Numbered from the stretch's first letter, positions 45,634 to 54,824 are shown. The stretch is DNA of 64,000 nt from Candidatus Latescibacterota bacterium (GCA_965219455.1 OZ244744.1:3067907-3131906); one strand, 5' to 3'. Numbers and translations are program-made. Notes: a model not told the origin generated them from the letters alone.

Positions 45634-47181
45634 TCAATCCAGGCGTGCCGCGTGCGGCTCTCGCCCGTTTGCAAGCGCCAGTTCGTAGCAGGCGGCCTCG
45701 CTGTCCGTGCGCACCAACAGATAGGGTGTGGCAAAGGCCGGGGGATTCCAGGTTTTGCCGTTGAAGGCCGTCATGCGCGCTAGTTCTACGTGGCGGTCGG
45801 GGCGAGCCTCGACCAGTATCACGTCGCCCGATTCGCTCATTATCAGAAGGACATCGTCTATCAGGATGAGCTGGCCGTGGCCGTAGCGCCCGCGCTTCCA
45901 GCGACGCTTGCCGTCTTGCGGGTCGAGGCACACCAGCACCCCATCGTCGAGGCCATAGACAAAACCGTCGCGATAGACCATGTTGGCAAATTTGGCCTTG
46001 ATCCGGGGGCTTTTCCAGACGATATCGGTCGTCAAGCCGCCGTTGGGCGCGGCATTCACTTGATACAGCCTGGCTCCAATGCCATAGCCGGTGGAGACCA
46101 GAACCCGGTCCCCGGGCAAGGGCAGGGGATTGGCAATGCATTCGGTCCGATCCCATGGCTGACGCCAGAGGGGAGCTCCGCTCTGCGGATCGTGCGCGAC
46201 AACGCTGTGGTTGTTAAAGATCAGGATCTGCTCGCGTCCAGCCAACGTGACCAGACGCGGCGAGCTGAAGCCGGCCTTGTCTGTGCCCCCACCCCAGACA
46301 AATGCGCCGTTTTGGCGGTGATAGGCCACGAGCGAGCGCTCATCCGGGCCTCCGGCACTGACCACGACCAGGGTGTCGAGGACCAACGGCGAACAGCTAA
46401 TGCCCCATATATGGGCCTCAGCCTGGTTGTCGGCGAGAATGTCCCGCGACCAGATCAGCGCCCCGCTGGCCAGATCCAGGCAATTGAGGATGCCAGTAGC
46501 GCCCAGCGTGAAAACCCGGTCTCCAGCGATGGTGGGCGTAGCGCGCGGACCGACGCCGGCTACGGCGGTCTCGTAGCGAGTCGAATCGGCGTGTTGCCAG
46601 AGCTTGCGGCCCGTTGCCAGGTCGTAGCAGACGACCTGCTCCTCGGAGCCGTGTTGCTCCTGGGTTACGGCCCGGCCGCCGACAATGGCAAACGAGGACC
46701 AGGCTGCGCCAACGGGGCGACGCCAGATTTCGCGCGGCGGGTGCCTGGTCCAGTCGCGCTCGAGGTGGACGCCGCGGAGGCGGTTGTTGCGCTCGGGGCC
46801 GAGAAATTGCGGCCAATCGCGGGCGTCGAGCGCGGTCGCGTCTCCTCCTTCGACCTCGGTGGCTTCGCCTTTGGTGCTCCAACGCCATTCGAGGACCGGT
46901 ACGAAGTCGCCGCTCATACCCTTAATGCGAATAAGTCCAATACCAAGCGCAATGACGAGGACGGCACCGCCGAAATAGCGCAGACGCCGTCCCCAGGCCA
47001 GCCGCGACGCGAAGAGCAACCAGAGCAATGCAAAGAAAATCGCGAGAATGAAGGTGGCCATGCTGCGCATGACCTGTTGCTGGCGATGGGGGGCTTCGGG
47101 CAACCAGATCAGCAGGAGCGCCAGGACGACGATGCCTCCGAGCAGATAGAGAGGCCATAAGCGAGGGCGGGTCGAGGACAT
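45634..47181 (-). CDS. Membrane-anchored PQQ-like beta-propeller repeat protein, copy B
   Basis: ATG 47181 (MSSTRPRLWPLYLLGG) by analogy with copy A. The C-terminal 10 aa differ from copy A because the duplication boundary lies inside the gene. Confidence 0.7.
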   Translation of the reverse strand: MSSTRPRLWPLYLLGGIVVLALLLIWLPEAPHRQQQVMRSMATFILAIFFALLWLLFASRLAWGRRLRYFGGAVLVIALGIGLIRIKGMSGDFVPVLEWRWSTKGEATEVEGGDATALDARDWPQFLGPERNNRLRGVHLERDWTRHPPREIWRRPVGAAWSSFAIVGGRAVTQEQHGSEEQVVCYDLATGRKLWQHADSTRYETAVAGVGPRATPTIAGDRVFTLGATGILNCLDLASGALIWSRDILADNQAEAHIWGISCSPLVLDTLVVVSAGGPDERSLVAYHRQNGAFVWGGGTDKAGFSSPRLVTLAGREQILIFNNHSVVAHDPQSGAPLWRQPWDRTECIANPLPLPGDRVLVSTGYGIGARLYQVNAAPNGGLTTDIVWKSPRIKAKFANMVYRDGFVYGLDDGVLVCLDPQDGKRRWKRGRYGHGQLILIDDVLLIMSESGDVILVEARPDRHVELARMTAFNGKTWNPPAFATPYLLVRTDSEAACYELALANGREPHAARLD

Positions 47182-47825
47182 AGGTACTATACGCCTCCGG
47201 TGACGGTCTCCAAGCGGACTCAATCGCCGCTGGTGACCGAGCGGGCAATGGCGGCCATGGCCCGCATCGTTTGGGTTCCATCCTCCACATCGGCCCCAAT
47301 TTGGGGCCGTAGCCCAACACGCCAATAGACAGGACTTGGCGGTCTCTGTTCACGCACTTTCGGTGGGCAAAATGGCGTAGGCTTCGATTTCGACGACCAG
47401 ATGCGGCTTTAGCAGCGCGGCTATGACAACAAGGGTCGAAGCCGGAAAAATCTTGCCAAACACCTCGCGGTGAGCGCGGGTGACGCCATCAGCGTGTGCC
47501 AAATCCGTGATGTACACGACCGTCCGCACCACGTCTTCGAGGCTGGCACCGGTCTCGTCGAGAGCTTTGGCGATGATCTGCAATGCGCCCCTGGCCTGCT
47601 CGTAGGCATCGCCCTGGTCGTCAGGCGGCTGGGCGCAGGTGCCAGCGACGTGGACGTGGCGGTCCACGCGCACGGCGCGCGAGTAACCGAATTCCGCGCC
47701 AAATGCGCCTCTGGTAGCTATGTTTTTTCGTTTCATGGGTCTCCTTTATCCATGGCTTCCTCGACCGCCGCCCACACCTCCATGAGGGCCGCCAACGTGC
47801 GCTCGATATCCGCGTGTTCGCATTC
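45664..47825. repeat. Segmental duplication, copy B
   Basis: Partner of 40852..42975. Carries an extra ~45-nt insertion at about 47290-47335 in the spacer. Confidence 0.85.
47350..47736 (-). CDS. RidA family protein, copy B
   Basis: 128 aa, differs from copy A at only about a dozen positions. Confidence 0.85.
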   Translation of the reverse strand: MKRKNIATRGAFGAEFGYSRAVRVDRHVHVAGTCAQPPDDQGDAYEQARGALQIIAKALDETGASLEDVVRTVVYITDLAHADGVTRAHREVFGKIFPASTLVVIAALLKPHLVVEIEAYAILPTESA

Positions 47826-47997
47826 AATGGCCTTGATCTGGTCGGGCGAGGTGTTGACGCAATGCAAGCGCAGGCGCCGCCACCAGGAGTTTTTGCAGTT
47901 TCTCAACCATATCCACCAAGACGTCGAAGCCCTTCCTCTGGACGGACACGGCAGATTCCATCCTCCAGAAAATCCAGGTTGAGTTATGCCTCGGAGT

Positions 47998-48756
47998 TCA
48001 CTCCACGTCCAGGATGTAGCGCGCCAGCGGCAAGAGCCGTTGCGCGGTTTCGGGCCGAAGGTACTGGCGCTGGTTCGTCTGCTGCGGGTGCTCGCGGGCG
48101 ATAAAGGCGCAGTGCAGGGTGCGGCGGGGGGCGTCGCTGAGGTTGCGATATGAGCTGTGCAAGAGGCTGCCGTTGAATACGGCGACCGAGCCGGCGCGTC
48201 CAGTTAGTTGTACTTGATCCGGATGATCGGCCAGGGGATCGGCTACGTGGTCGGCGATTCTGCCGGGTTTGCGGTGGCTGCCGGGGACGCAGCGGGTCGC
48301 GCCGTTGACCCGGGTGAAATCGTCGAGCATCCACATGGAGTTGACGACGTGGTACGGTCCGCCAGGCGCGGTGGGCTGTCCCCAATCCGCGTGCAGGCCC
48401 TGTAGCCCGCTGCCGGGCAGTGGATCGTGCCCGTTGAGCGAGTGCAGCTTGAACGGCCGCTGCAAGACGTGAAAGACCGCCGTCAGCAGCGCTGGTTGCA
48501 GGTACACGGCGTCGAAGACCGTCCCCTTGTTGACCAGGTCGGCGAGGCGGCGCACGCCGTCCATCTGGGCGACCTCAGTACCGGCTTTGTCGCCCTCGAG
48601 GGCAAAGATCGCGTCAAAGGCATGGCGCAACCCGGCCAGCCAGTCAGGCGCGATGACGCCTTCCAGAATGACGAAGCCGTTGGTGTCCAGCGCGCTGTAT
48701 TGCGCGGGCGTCAGCGACTGGGGGACGAAGCCCCTTTGCAACAATTCACTGTCCAT
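47998..48756 (-). CDS. Phytanoyl-CoA dioxygenase family oxygenase
   Basis: ATG 48756 (MDSELLQRGFVPQSLTPAQYSALDTNGFVILEGVI). GLHADW (H-x-D), RCVPGSH, distal His in LLHSSYRN. Confidence 0.8.
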   Translation of the reverse strand: MDSELLQRGFVPQSLTPAQYSALDTNGFVILEGVIAPDWLAGLRHAFDAIFALEGDKAGTEVAQMDGVRRLADLVNKGTVFDAVYLQPALLTAVFHVLQRPFKLHSLNGHDPLPGSGLQGLHADWGQPTAPGGPYHVVNSMWMLDDFTRVNGATRCVPGSHRKPGRIADHVADPLADHPDQVQLTGRAGSVAVFNGSLLHSSYRNLSDAPRRTLHCAFIAREHPQQTNQRQYLRPETAQRLLPLARYILDVE

Positions 48757-48770
48757 AGCGGATGTTCCTC

Positions 48771-49044
48771 GTGTTCTGTCACGGAAACAGATTGTCGAAA
48801 ATCGACCGACCAGAAGCAGCAAAAACAGCTATCAGCTCTCAGCCGACAGCTTGAATCAAAAACCCAATCAGTTGACGTCAGCGCCGTGACCTCTCCCCTC
48901 TGCCCCCTCTCCTAAAGGAAAGGGGGAGGGAAAACGGGCGATGGCTTGTCAAGACATTTCACCTGGATATTTTCAACCATCGAAATGTTGCCAACCATTG
49001 ACAGTTCAGCCTTCCTTCAGGAAGGGGGATAGGGGTAGGTCTCG
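48771..49044 (-). repeat. Family-A composite repeat, inverted orientation, with TIR tip
   Basis: Starts GTGTTCTGTCACGGAAACAGATTGTCGAAAATCGACCG, 15 nt upstream of the PhyH start. Continues with AGCTGA tract, CAATCAGTTGACGTCAGCGCCGTGACCTCTCCCC, CCTAAAGGAAAGGGGG and CCTTCCTTCAGGAAGGGGG. Confidence 0.7.
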
Positions 49045-49054
49045 TCCTCACTCC

Positions 49055-49177
49055 CGTCCGGCGACGTTTATCATCGATAGACGCGGCATAATCACATACA
49101 CGTACATCGGATCGAGTCAGTTTGATTTAGCCGAACAGGAAGAAATCTTGGTCCACCTGGATTCGCTGACGCCATGA
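49055..49177 (+). pseudogene. Relic C-terminus of a peroxiredoxin-like gene (paralog of 39862..40455)
   Basis: RPATFIIDRRGIITYTYIGSSQFDLAEQEEILVHLDSLTP, compared with RPATFIIDSFGTIRYMYIGSNQFDLAEQEEILEHLNSLTR. Abuts the repeat directly. Confidence 0.55.
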
Positions 49178-49275
49178 GGTCCGATGTCTTCAGTTTTGAG
49201 CGGAAAGGAAATCCTCGTTTGTCTGTCCCGCACCCACGACTTGTACGCAACTCGTCAATTTAAGGGGTAACGAAG

Positions 49276-49575
49276 ATGTACAAAGACATAATCAGTTACG
49301 AGTTGGCAGAGAATATCTCGGAGGAACATCTATTGAATGTTGCCGGTGATGTTCTGGAGAATTGGATGAGCAAACAGTCAGGATTCAAAAAGTGGGAGAT
49401 TCACCGGAATAGTGATGGAGGTTATACCGACATTGTTTACTGGGAATCAGAGGGCAACGCGAAGGATGCACAAGCAGACATGGTGAATATCCCAAACGCT
49501 ACTGATTGGTATTCTTGCTATGAGGAAGGTTCAATTTCCAGCAAGAATCTCAATCAGGTAGCAACTTTCAAATAG
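49276..49575 (+). CDS. Hypothetical small protein (possible ferredoxin-like/ABM fold)
   Basis: 99 aa, AT-richer, RBS-like AAGGGG upstream. No family recognised. Confidence 0.4.
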   Translation: MYKDIISYELAENISEEHLLNVAGDVLENWMSKQSGFKKWEIHRNSDGGYTDIVYWESEGNAKDAQADMVNIPNATDWYSCYEEGSISSKNLNQVATFK

Positions 49576-49659
49576 CAGGGGTCCGCCAGGAAATCAATCC
49601 AAATCCCGCGTCGGCGGCTTGATTTCCAAAATATAATTCAATCTATCCAGGAGACGTCT

Positions 49660-50430
49660 ATGCTTTCACAGGAGCAAATGGCGCAGTATGACCGGGATGG
49701 GTATGTGCTGGTGTCGGGCTTAATTCCGGAAGAGACAATCGCCAATGCGGAAGCTGCGATGTGGTCCGTACTCGGGATGGACAGGGACGATCCGGCTTCG
49801 TGGTCTCCGTTGCCGGACGATACGGATGGGGTGACAACAACCGTCAGCCAGGGGGTGATTGAACATTTCGGGGTTCAGGATCCCGCGTTGCTGGCTTGTT
49901 GTACTCCCGCATTCTACGATGTGCAGAGCCAACTGGCCCGGGAAAATGCAGGCGCATTTCACTGTCAGAAACCACAGCCTGAGGCCGTGTGGGCACGCAG
50001 TGTATTTCCGGTTTCGAAAGGCTGGGACTATCACAATGGGCATGCCGATGGTGGACATCGGTCCTTCAATGTCTTTCCCGGGTCATTCCGCGTATCTTCC
50101 CTGACCTATCTCGATTCCGGTGTTGCGCAGGGCGGTGGTACCGCGGTCTGGCCAGGGGCCCACCGGAAACTCAGCGAGGCGGCGGTGCGTGACCCTGGCC
50201 GGTATCGAATGCTGTCGGATTTAAAGAACCCGCAGCAGAGGTTCGATCTGGGAGAGCCTGTTGAGCTGACGCCTTCCCGGGGAGACGTACTGTTTTTTCA
50301 TTATCTTTTGGTGCACGCCGGATCTCTCAACACAAGCAACAAACCGCGTTTCGCCCTCCGGTGGATGTGCGCCTGCGACACCTGCCGCATCTGGGAAAAA
50401 TACGGCAAGTGGAATATCTGGATGCCGTGA
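49660..50430 (+). CDS. Phytanoyl-CoA dioxygenase family oxygenase
   Basis: MLSQEQMAQYDRDGYVLVSGLI start, RBS AGGAG upstream, GHADGG (H-x-D), AVWPGAH, distal His in LVHAGSLN. Confidence 0.8.
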   Translation: MLSQEQMAQYDRDGYVLVSGLIPEETIANAEAAMWSVLGMDRDDPASWSPLPDDTDGVTTTVSQGVIEHFGVQDPALLACCTPAFYDVQSQLARENAGAFHCQKPQPEAVWARSVFPVSKGWDYHNGHADGGHRSFNVFPGSFRVSSLTYLDSGVAQGGGTAVWPGAHRKLSEAAVRDPGRYRMLSDLKNPQQRFDLGEPVELTPSRGDVLFFHYLLVHAGSLNTSNKPRFALRWMCACDTCRIWEKYGKWNIWMP

Positions 50431-50559
50431 TGGTGGCGTATGGACTAGGTGCAATGTTTCTGGGAACGTCCCGGAGCGGCCTCGGTATAGTGCTTAGTTG
50501 CATTATTTCCTGTCAAAACCTATAATGGGGGCATTCCATTCCCCGTGAGCCCAATCTAG

Positions 50560-50840
50560 TTGACGGAAGAAGAACGCACCACGCTGTCGCAGCGGACGCG
50601 GCCGGGTCCACCCAGGCGGTATGTCGTGGAAAGCGAGCGGCGCCTCATCGACTTGGTGTCCCAGCCGGCGCCTTGCTGGCGGAAACTACCCGCCGGTGTT
50701 GGTCCATTACGTGTGGAGCGTGTTGCGTCAGCATAGCATCCTTATGCGGCGACGACGGTCCCGTGAAGGGAGCGCCCATCTTGAGTTTTCGGCCAAGACC
50801 GCCGATTTCGTTGGGATTGTACCTTCGAGCACCAAGTGAC
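50560..50840 (+). pseudogene. Frameshifted relic of an IS630-like transposase N-terminal (HTH) region
   Basis: LTEEERTTLSQRTRPGPPRRYVVESERRLIDL, then in another frame VHYVWSVLRQHSILMRRRRS...FSAKTADFVGIV, reminiscent of LS.EER..L / vS.stV.RiL..h.LkPhr / DP.F..K..dIvglY. Weak. Confidence 0.25.
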
Positions 50841-50881
50841 GTCTCTTTCTCGGACGAATCAACCGAAGGAGAAAAATCACA

Positions 50882-52405
50882 TTGGCATCATACGATTGGA
50901 TCGACCTTGAGGCCATTGAAGGCTACGACCGTCTCATCCAAGTGCTTGACCCGGAATTCGATCCGAAGGGAATTGCAGAGAGACTCAGGTCTCAAGTCAC
51001 CGATGCTGCCAAAGGCGTGCTTGTGGAGCACGGGTACGTCGACAAGGACTATCGGAGTACGTTCTATAACTTCTATGCGAAGATGGGCCGTCAGTACCGA
51101 ACCGATTGCGTCCGACTGCATTTCTTTGACGGTTTCGTTCAATATAAGGAAACCCAAACTGACATCACCTGCAGCGACGGCCGTCTGCAAGACCATTACT
51201 ACGGATACATCGTGTTGAGACCAACGATCGTCGCCACTTTGGGGCGATCCGTGCTCTCTCCAGACATTCGTTTAGGCGCGCGCGGCAGAGCGATCCAGTC
51301 CCTACACCACGTCAACCTGCTTGGTCATCGACTCCCCGTATGGGGTTTCCCGTCGATGGCTCAGCATGTTGACATCGCGGTCTGCGCTCATGTGTCGTGC
51401 TGGGCCATTCTCCGATATTACAGTGAGACATATTCGCGACATAGGGAGTATCTCGTCCACGACGTAACAAAGCTCGTCGCCCCGTTCGACCCTGGCGGAT
51501 TGGTGCCGTCACTTGGCTTCAATGTCTTGGAAGCTGAACGTGTATTTCAGGCGGCTGGCTGTTTCCCGGTGCTCGTCGGCAAGCGTAATTCCTCTTCCGA
51601 TGGGGCGTTTTTCTCCCAGTTGCTTGCCTATCTCGAATCGGGTTTCCCGTTGTTCGTTGCCATGCCCAGCGAGACCCACGCCGTAGTCATCGTCGGCCAC
51701 AATTGGAAGCAAACCGCAATACCACGGCAGGCTTCGTCATCGCATGTCTGGACGCAAGTTGAAACACTGCTGACCGTAGACGACAACCTGCTTCCCTACG
51801 CTACCGTTCCGCTGTACTCGCCCGGAACTCAAGCCGGACAGCCGTCGTATTCCGCCGACTCGTTCGACGCGTTTATCGTTGCACTGCCTGACAAAATCTA
51901 CTACCCCGCCGATGCTATAGACGCCTTGAGCCAGCGGGTCGAGGGATCCTTGGCGCGCGCGCGCGGACCAAGCCAGGAGCCGCTCGAGTTACGGCGTTAT
52001 TTCATCACGACGGTCTCCAATCTTCGTGAGCACGCAAGCAACCACCGTACGAATCTCGGCGACGGCCTCGTCGGTCTATTGATGCATCTAGACACGGCTA
52101 AATTCGTGTGGGTTGTCGAGTACTGCAGTGTCGCGCAATGGCAAGCCGGGCACGTTGCCGCAAGGGCGATCGTAGACGCTACCGCTAGTCCAACGGACAA
52201 AGTGCCGATCTGGTTGCTACATGATGAGGAAGTGGCGCACGTCTTCGATCGGACGTCGGCAGAGATGAACCCCACGTCCATCCGCCTCAGTCGCACTAAC
52301 CTCGGACTTCTACCACGGATCGAGCTCAATCTGCGCCCGGTCCACGAATCACCGGCATCCACGAGTACGAGCGGAGGAGCCGCAGAAACTGGAGGAGACG
52401 AATGA
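50882..52405 (+). CDS. Papain-fold (C39-like) cysteine peptidase domain protein with uncharacterised N- and C-terminal regions
   Basis: Q-x7-C block MAQHVDIAVCAHVSCWAILRYY. His block SETHAVVIVGHNW followed by LLTVDDNLLPY, giving a Gln/Cys/His/Asp order as in C39-type peptidases. 507 aa. Confidence 0.5.
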   Translation: MASYDWIDLEAIEGYDRLIQVLDPEFDPKGIAERLRSQVTDAAKGVLVEHGYVDKDYRSTFYNFYAKMGRQYRTDCVRLHFFDGFVQYKETQTDITCSDGRLQDHYYGYIVLRPTIVATLGRSVLSPDIRLGARGRAIQSLHHVNLLGHRLPVWGFPSMAQHVDIAVCAHVSCWAILRYYSETYSRHREYLVHDVTKLVAPFDPGGLVPSLGFNVLEAERVFQAAGCFPVLVGKRNSSSDGAFFSQLLAYLESGFPLFVAMPSETHAVVIVGHNWKQTAIPRQASSSHVWTQVETLLTVDDNLLPYATVPLYSPGTQAGQPSYSADSFDAFIVALPDKIYYPADAIDALSQRVEGSLARARGPSQEPLELRRYFITTVSNLREHASNHRTNLGDGLVGLLMHLDTAKFVWVVEYCSVAQWQAGHVAARAIVDATASPTDKVPIWLLHDEEVAHVFDRTSAEMNPTSIRLSRTNLGLLPRIELNLRPVHESPASTSTSGGAAETGGDE

Positions 52406-52602
52406 ACCAAAAGCTCAAGGACTACTTGGGGAAATTCAGCCCGGCAACAGAGGACCAAACCATGCTCGATGACTTGCGCCAAGAGATGGAACAAGCCGTC
52501 CCGGAGATCGCTAAGAGCATCCGAGAGCGTGAGGAATTGGCTGCCGAATTACGAATTGCCGCATCAAAGCCGTCTCAGTCCGACAAGGACAAGCAGGATT
52601 AG
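52402..52602 (+). CDS. Small acidic helical protein, translationally coupled to the peptidase gene
   Basis: ATGA stop/start overlap at 52402-52405. 66 aa, predicted helical, Lys/Asp-rich tail. No family recognised. Confidence 0.4.
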   Translation: MNQKLKDYLGKFSPATEDQTMLDDLRQEMEQAVPEIAKSIREREELAAELRIAASKPSQSDKDKQD

Positions 52603-52958
52603 GGATCTGACGACGGACGCTTAAGCCTCTCGTACGCTGTAGTGATGATGGCCTCCAACGCATCGGCGCCGTGCTCATCGAGGTTCGGGTCTGCACGGAG
52701 CAACCTCGACACCATGGCAACCGGTTCAGCGTCGTTCTTCGGTGCGGCCGTGAAATCCACGGGGTTGAGGCCCGACCACGCGCAAAGCGCCGTTAGGCTG
52801 GCGGCATCCGGTTGCCGCCCCTTCGACATCCTGGACAACGTCGACTGCGAGACACCTGTCTGCTCGCTTACCGCCTTCCAACTGATATCACGGGCCGTCA
52901 CGGTAGCGCTTAGTGCCTTGTAGAAAGCTTTAAAGTCGAAGTTCAGACGCTGGGTCAT
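52599..52958 (-). CDS. XRE-family helix-turn-helix transcriptional regulator
   Basis: ISWKAVSEQTGVSQSTLSRMSKGRQPDAASLTALCAWSGLNP is a Cro/C1-type HTH. 119 aa. Lies 94 nt downstream of the JAB-E1 gene on the same strand. Confidence 0.75.
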   Translation of the reverse strand: MTQRLNFDFKAFYKALSATVTARDISWKAVSEQTGVSQSTLSRMSKGRQPDAASLTALCAWSGLNPVDFTAAPKNDAEPVAMVSRLLRADPNLDEHGADALEAIITTAYERLKRPSSDP

Positions 52959-53052
52959 TATTGGCTGTTTCCCTTATGGTCGCAGGCCGGATGATGGCAC
53001 ACTCTCGATTGATCCAGCCCCGAACGATTGACGGAGCCCCTTGGATACCACG

Positions 53053-54420
53053 TTATCCCTCCACTACCGGAAGTTCGAGCGCGTCACCCATGGCCAATCT
53101 GTGGACGCATTCCCTACATTCCGGATCACGACGCGGAATTACGCGTTGCGCCTTGCCGCGATGAAAATGGAAGTGCTGATAGGCTGCTTCTACTTCACCG
53201 GTTCGGAGCCCCAGGAAGTCGAATAGGAAGTCATTGACCGCATGTGCAGCAGCGACAGCGTTCAAGGTAATCACGCTAGGGTTGGCTTCCTGAACTCCGT
53301 AGGCCTGTTCCTTGCGTTCCCTGTCCGACTTCGCCTCGATCGCCAGCTGCGTCGGATCAATCAGTCCGTTGCACCAAAGGCAGCCGGTGCCTGGCCTGAT
53401 ATGTCGCACCGCACACATGGCATCTTCGAGCTTGCCGCGATACCCTCGCCGTATCTTTGCACCCATTTGAATCGTAGGAATGAGATACTGGTGGGCAAGA
53501 GCATTGACGACGAGCCGGGCTCGCATGGAGTCTGCGGCCAGGAAGATGAAGTCACAATCGCGCAGAATCTGGGCGACGGACTGACGCGAAACGTCGGCGG
53601 CGACCGGATGCATCGTAGCATCAATCGCCATCTCGCGTGCGTGACGAATCGCGATCTGGGTTTTGAGTTGGCACGTTTCGACGTCAACGCGGGTCGCGCC
53701 AACCACACGAGAAAGGTTGCTGCTCTCAATCTCATCCGGATCGATGAGTACGAGGTTCCCGACCCCAAGTCGCGCAAGGTATTCCGCCACTAATGAACCA
53801 ACACCGCCGAGCCCAATGACAGCTACCTTGCTCGCTTTCAGGATCTGCTGTCCAGCCGCGCCGAACATACGTACTTGGCGATCATGCTCGCCGTTCGACC
53901 CACGCGCTCGGCGGGGTTTGGTGTAAAGCCTCGTAATCTCGTCTCCGACGATACGATAGGTCCCGAGAGATCGACGGCCGCCATCCGGCAGCCAGATATC
54001 GGCGGCGACCGAGCGTCGGCCATACACAAGTGCGCCAATCGGGACTCCGCGGCCAATGTCGAGGAGCGCGGGATAACCGCGCTCGTGGGATTCAATATCG
54101 ACGCGGCTGAAATCGACACGCCGACTGCTTCCGTGATTGTGGACAGCAAGGTAGGCTAAGCCCGAGTCCCGGCACTGGAGGATCTCGCGGTGAATGAAGG
54201 TTGGAGACAGCGCTCGGTAGCCGTATTGGCCCGCGACGTAGTCCGTTCCAAACTCCGCCGGCTGAACATGCTGCACCAACAGGCGCATGTAAGACCCGTT
54301 GCGCACGACGCCGGCGCGCAGGATTGCACCGTACTCGTCCCGGTCGCCGGGAAATAGGTGCTCCATGATTCGCTGGTGATTCTCGGAAGTCACCAGGATG
54401 TCGCAAGATTCCCGCGTCAT
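53053..54420 (-). CDS. JAB (JAMM) metallopeptidase fused to ThiF/E1-like adenylating enzyme
   Basis: ATG 54420. JAMM elements DEYGAIL and HNHGSSRRVDFSRVD. E1 Rossmann VAVIGLGGVGSLVAEYLARLGVGNLVLIDPDEIESSNLSRV. FLAADSMRAR. CxxC pairs GCLWCNG and ECRECVH. Confidence 0.85.
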   Translation of the reverse strand: MTRESCDILVTSENHQRIMEHLFPGDRDEYGAILRAGVVRNGSYMRLLVQHVQPAEFGTDYVAGQYGYRALSPTFIHREILQCRDSGLAYLAVHNHGSSRRVDFSRVDIESHERGYPALLDIGRGVPIGALVYGRRSVAADIWLPDGGRRSLGTYRIVGDEITRLYTKPRRARGSNGEHDRQVRMFGAAGQQILKASKVAVIGLGGVGSLVAEYLARLGVGNLVLIDPDEIESSNLSRVVGATRVDVETCQLKTQIAIRHAREMAIDATMHPVAADVSRQSVAQILRDCDFIFLAADSMRARLVVNALAHQYLIPTIQMGAKIRRGYRGKLEDAMCAVRHIRPGTGCLWCNGLIDPTQLAIEAKSDRERKEQAYGVQEANPSVITLNAVAAAHAVNDFLFDFLGLRTGEVEAAYQHFHFHRGKAQRVIPRRDPECRECVHRLAMGDALELPVVEG

Positions 54421-54803
54421 CGGAGTTCCTCCAGGAAATGCAGTACTTTGACGAACTTGGCCACCGCCGTCTGAGGGTAGTTTTGAGTTTGATTGTTGCG
54501 CCTGGAAACCTGTAGGGCGGGTCGGTCGAAGAATTGGGCACCGGCAGTAACGGGCGGCTCGAAGGCCACGCCGTCCAAGCGACACACGTTGTCGCCGATG
54601 AACATTGGGTAAATGTCGGCGTATGGATAGAGTGGCGAGATATGGCCCCCTAGCCATGTGGACGAAGGATTATATCGTTCCCCAATGTTGACGGGTTCGA
54701 CGACAACGTATGCGCCCCCGCTCCCGTCCTCCCGACTGCTTACATCCGAAGTCGGAAACGCCCGCTTCAGTTCCTCGATCGCGCTAGCGGCATCCTGCTT
54801 CAC
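54417..54803 (-). CDS. Prokaryotic E2 (UBC-fold)-like protein, family-E type
   Basis: GTG start 21 nt after the Ubl stop. The stop overlaps the JAB-E1 start (ATGA). ISPLYPYADIYPMFI flap-like motif, single Cys in DNVCRLDG, QVSRRNN. Operon context with Ubl and E1. Confidence 0.5.
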   Translation of the reverse strand: MKQDAASAIEELKRAFPTSDVSSREDGSGGAYVVVEPVNIGERYNPSSTWLGGHISPLYPYADIYPMFIGDNVCRLDGVAFEPPVTAGAQFFDRPALQVSRRNNQTQNYPQTAVAKFVKVLHFLEELR

Positions 54804-54824
54804 GGTGTGTCCTAACTGATACGG

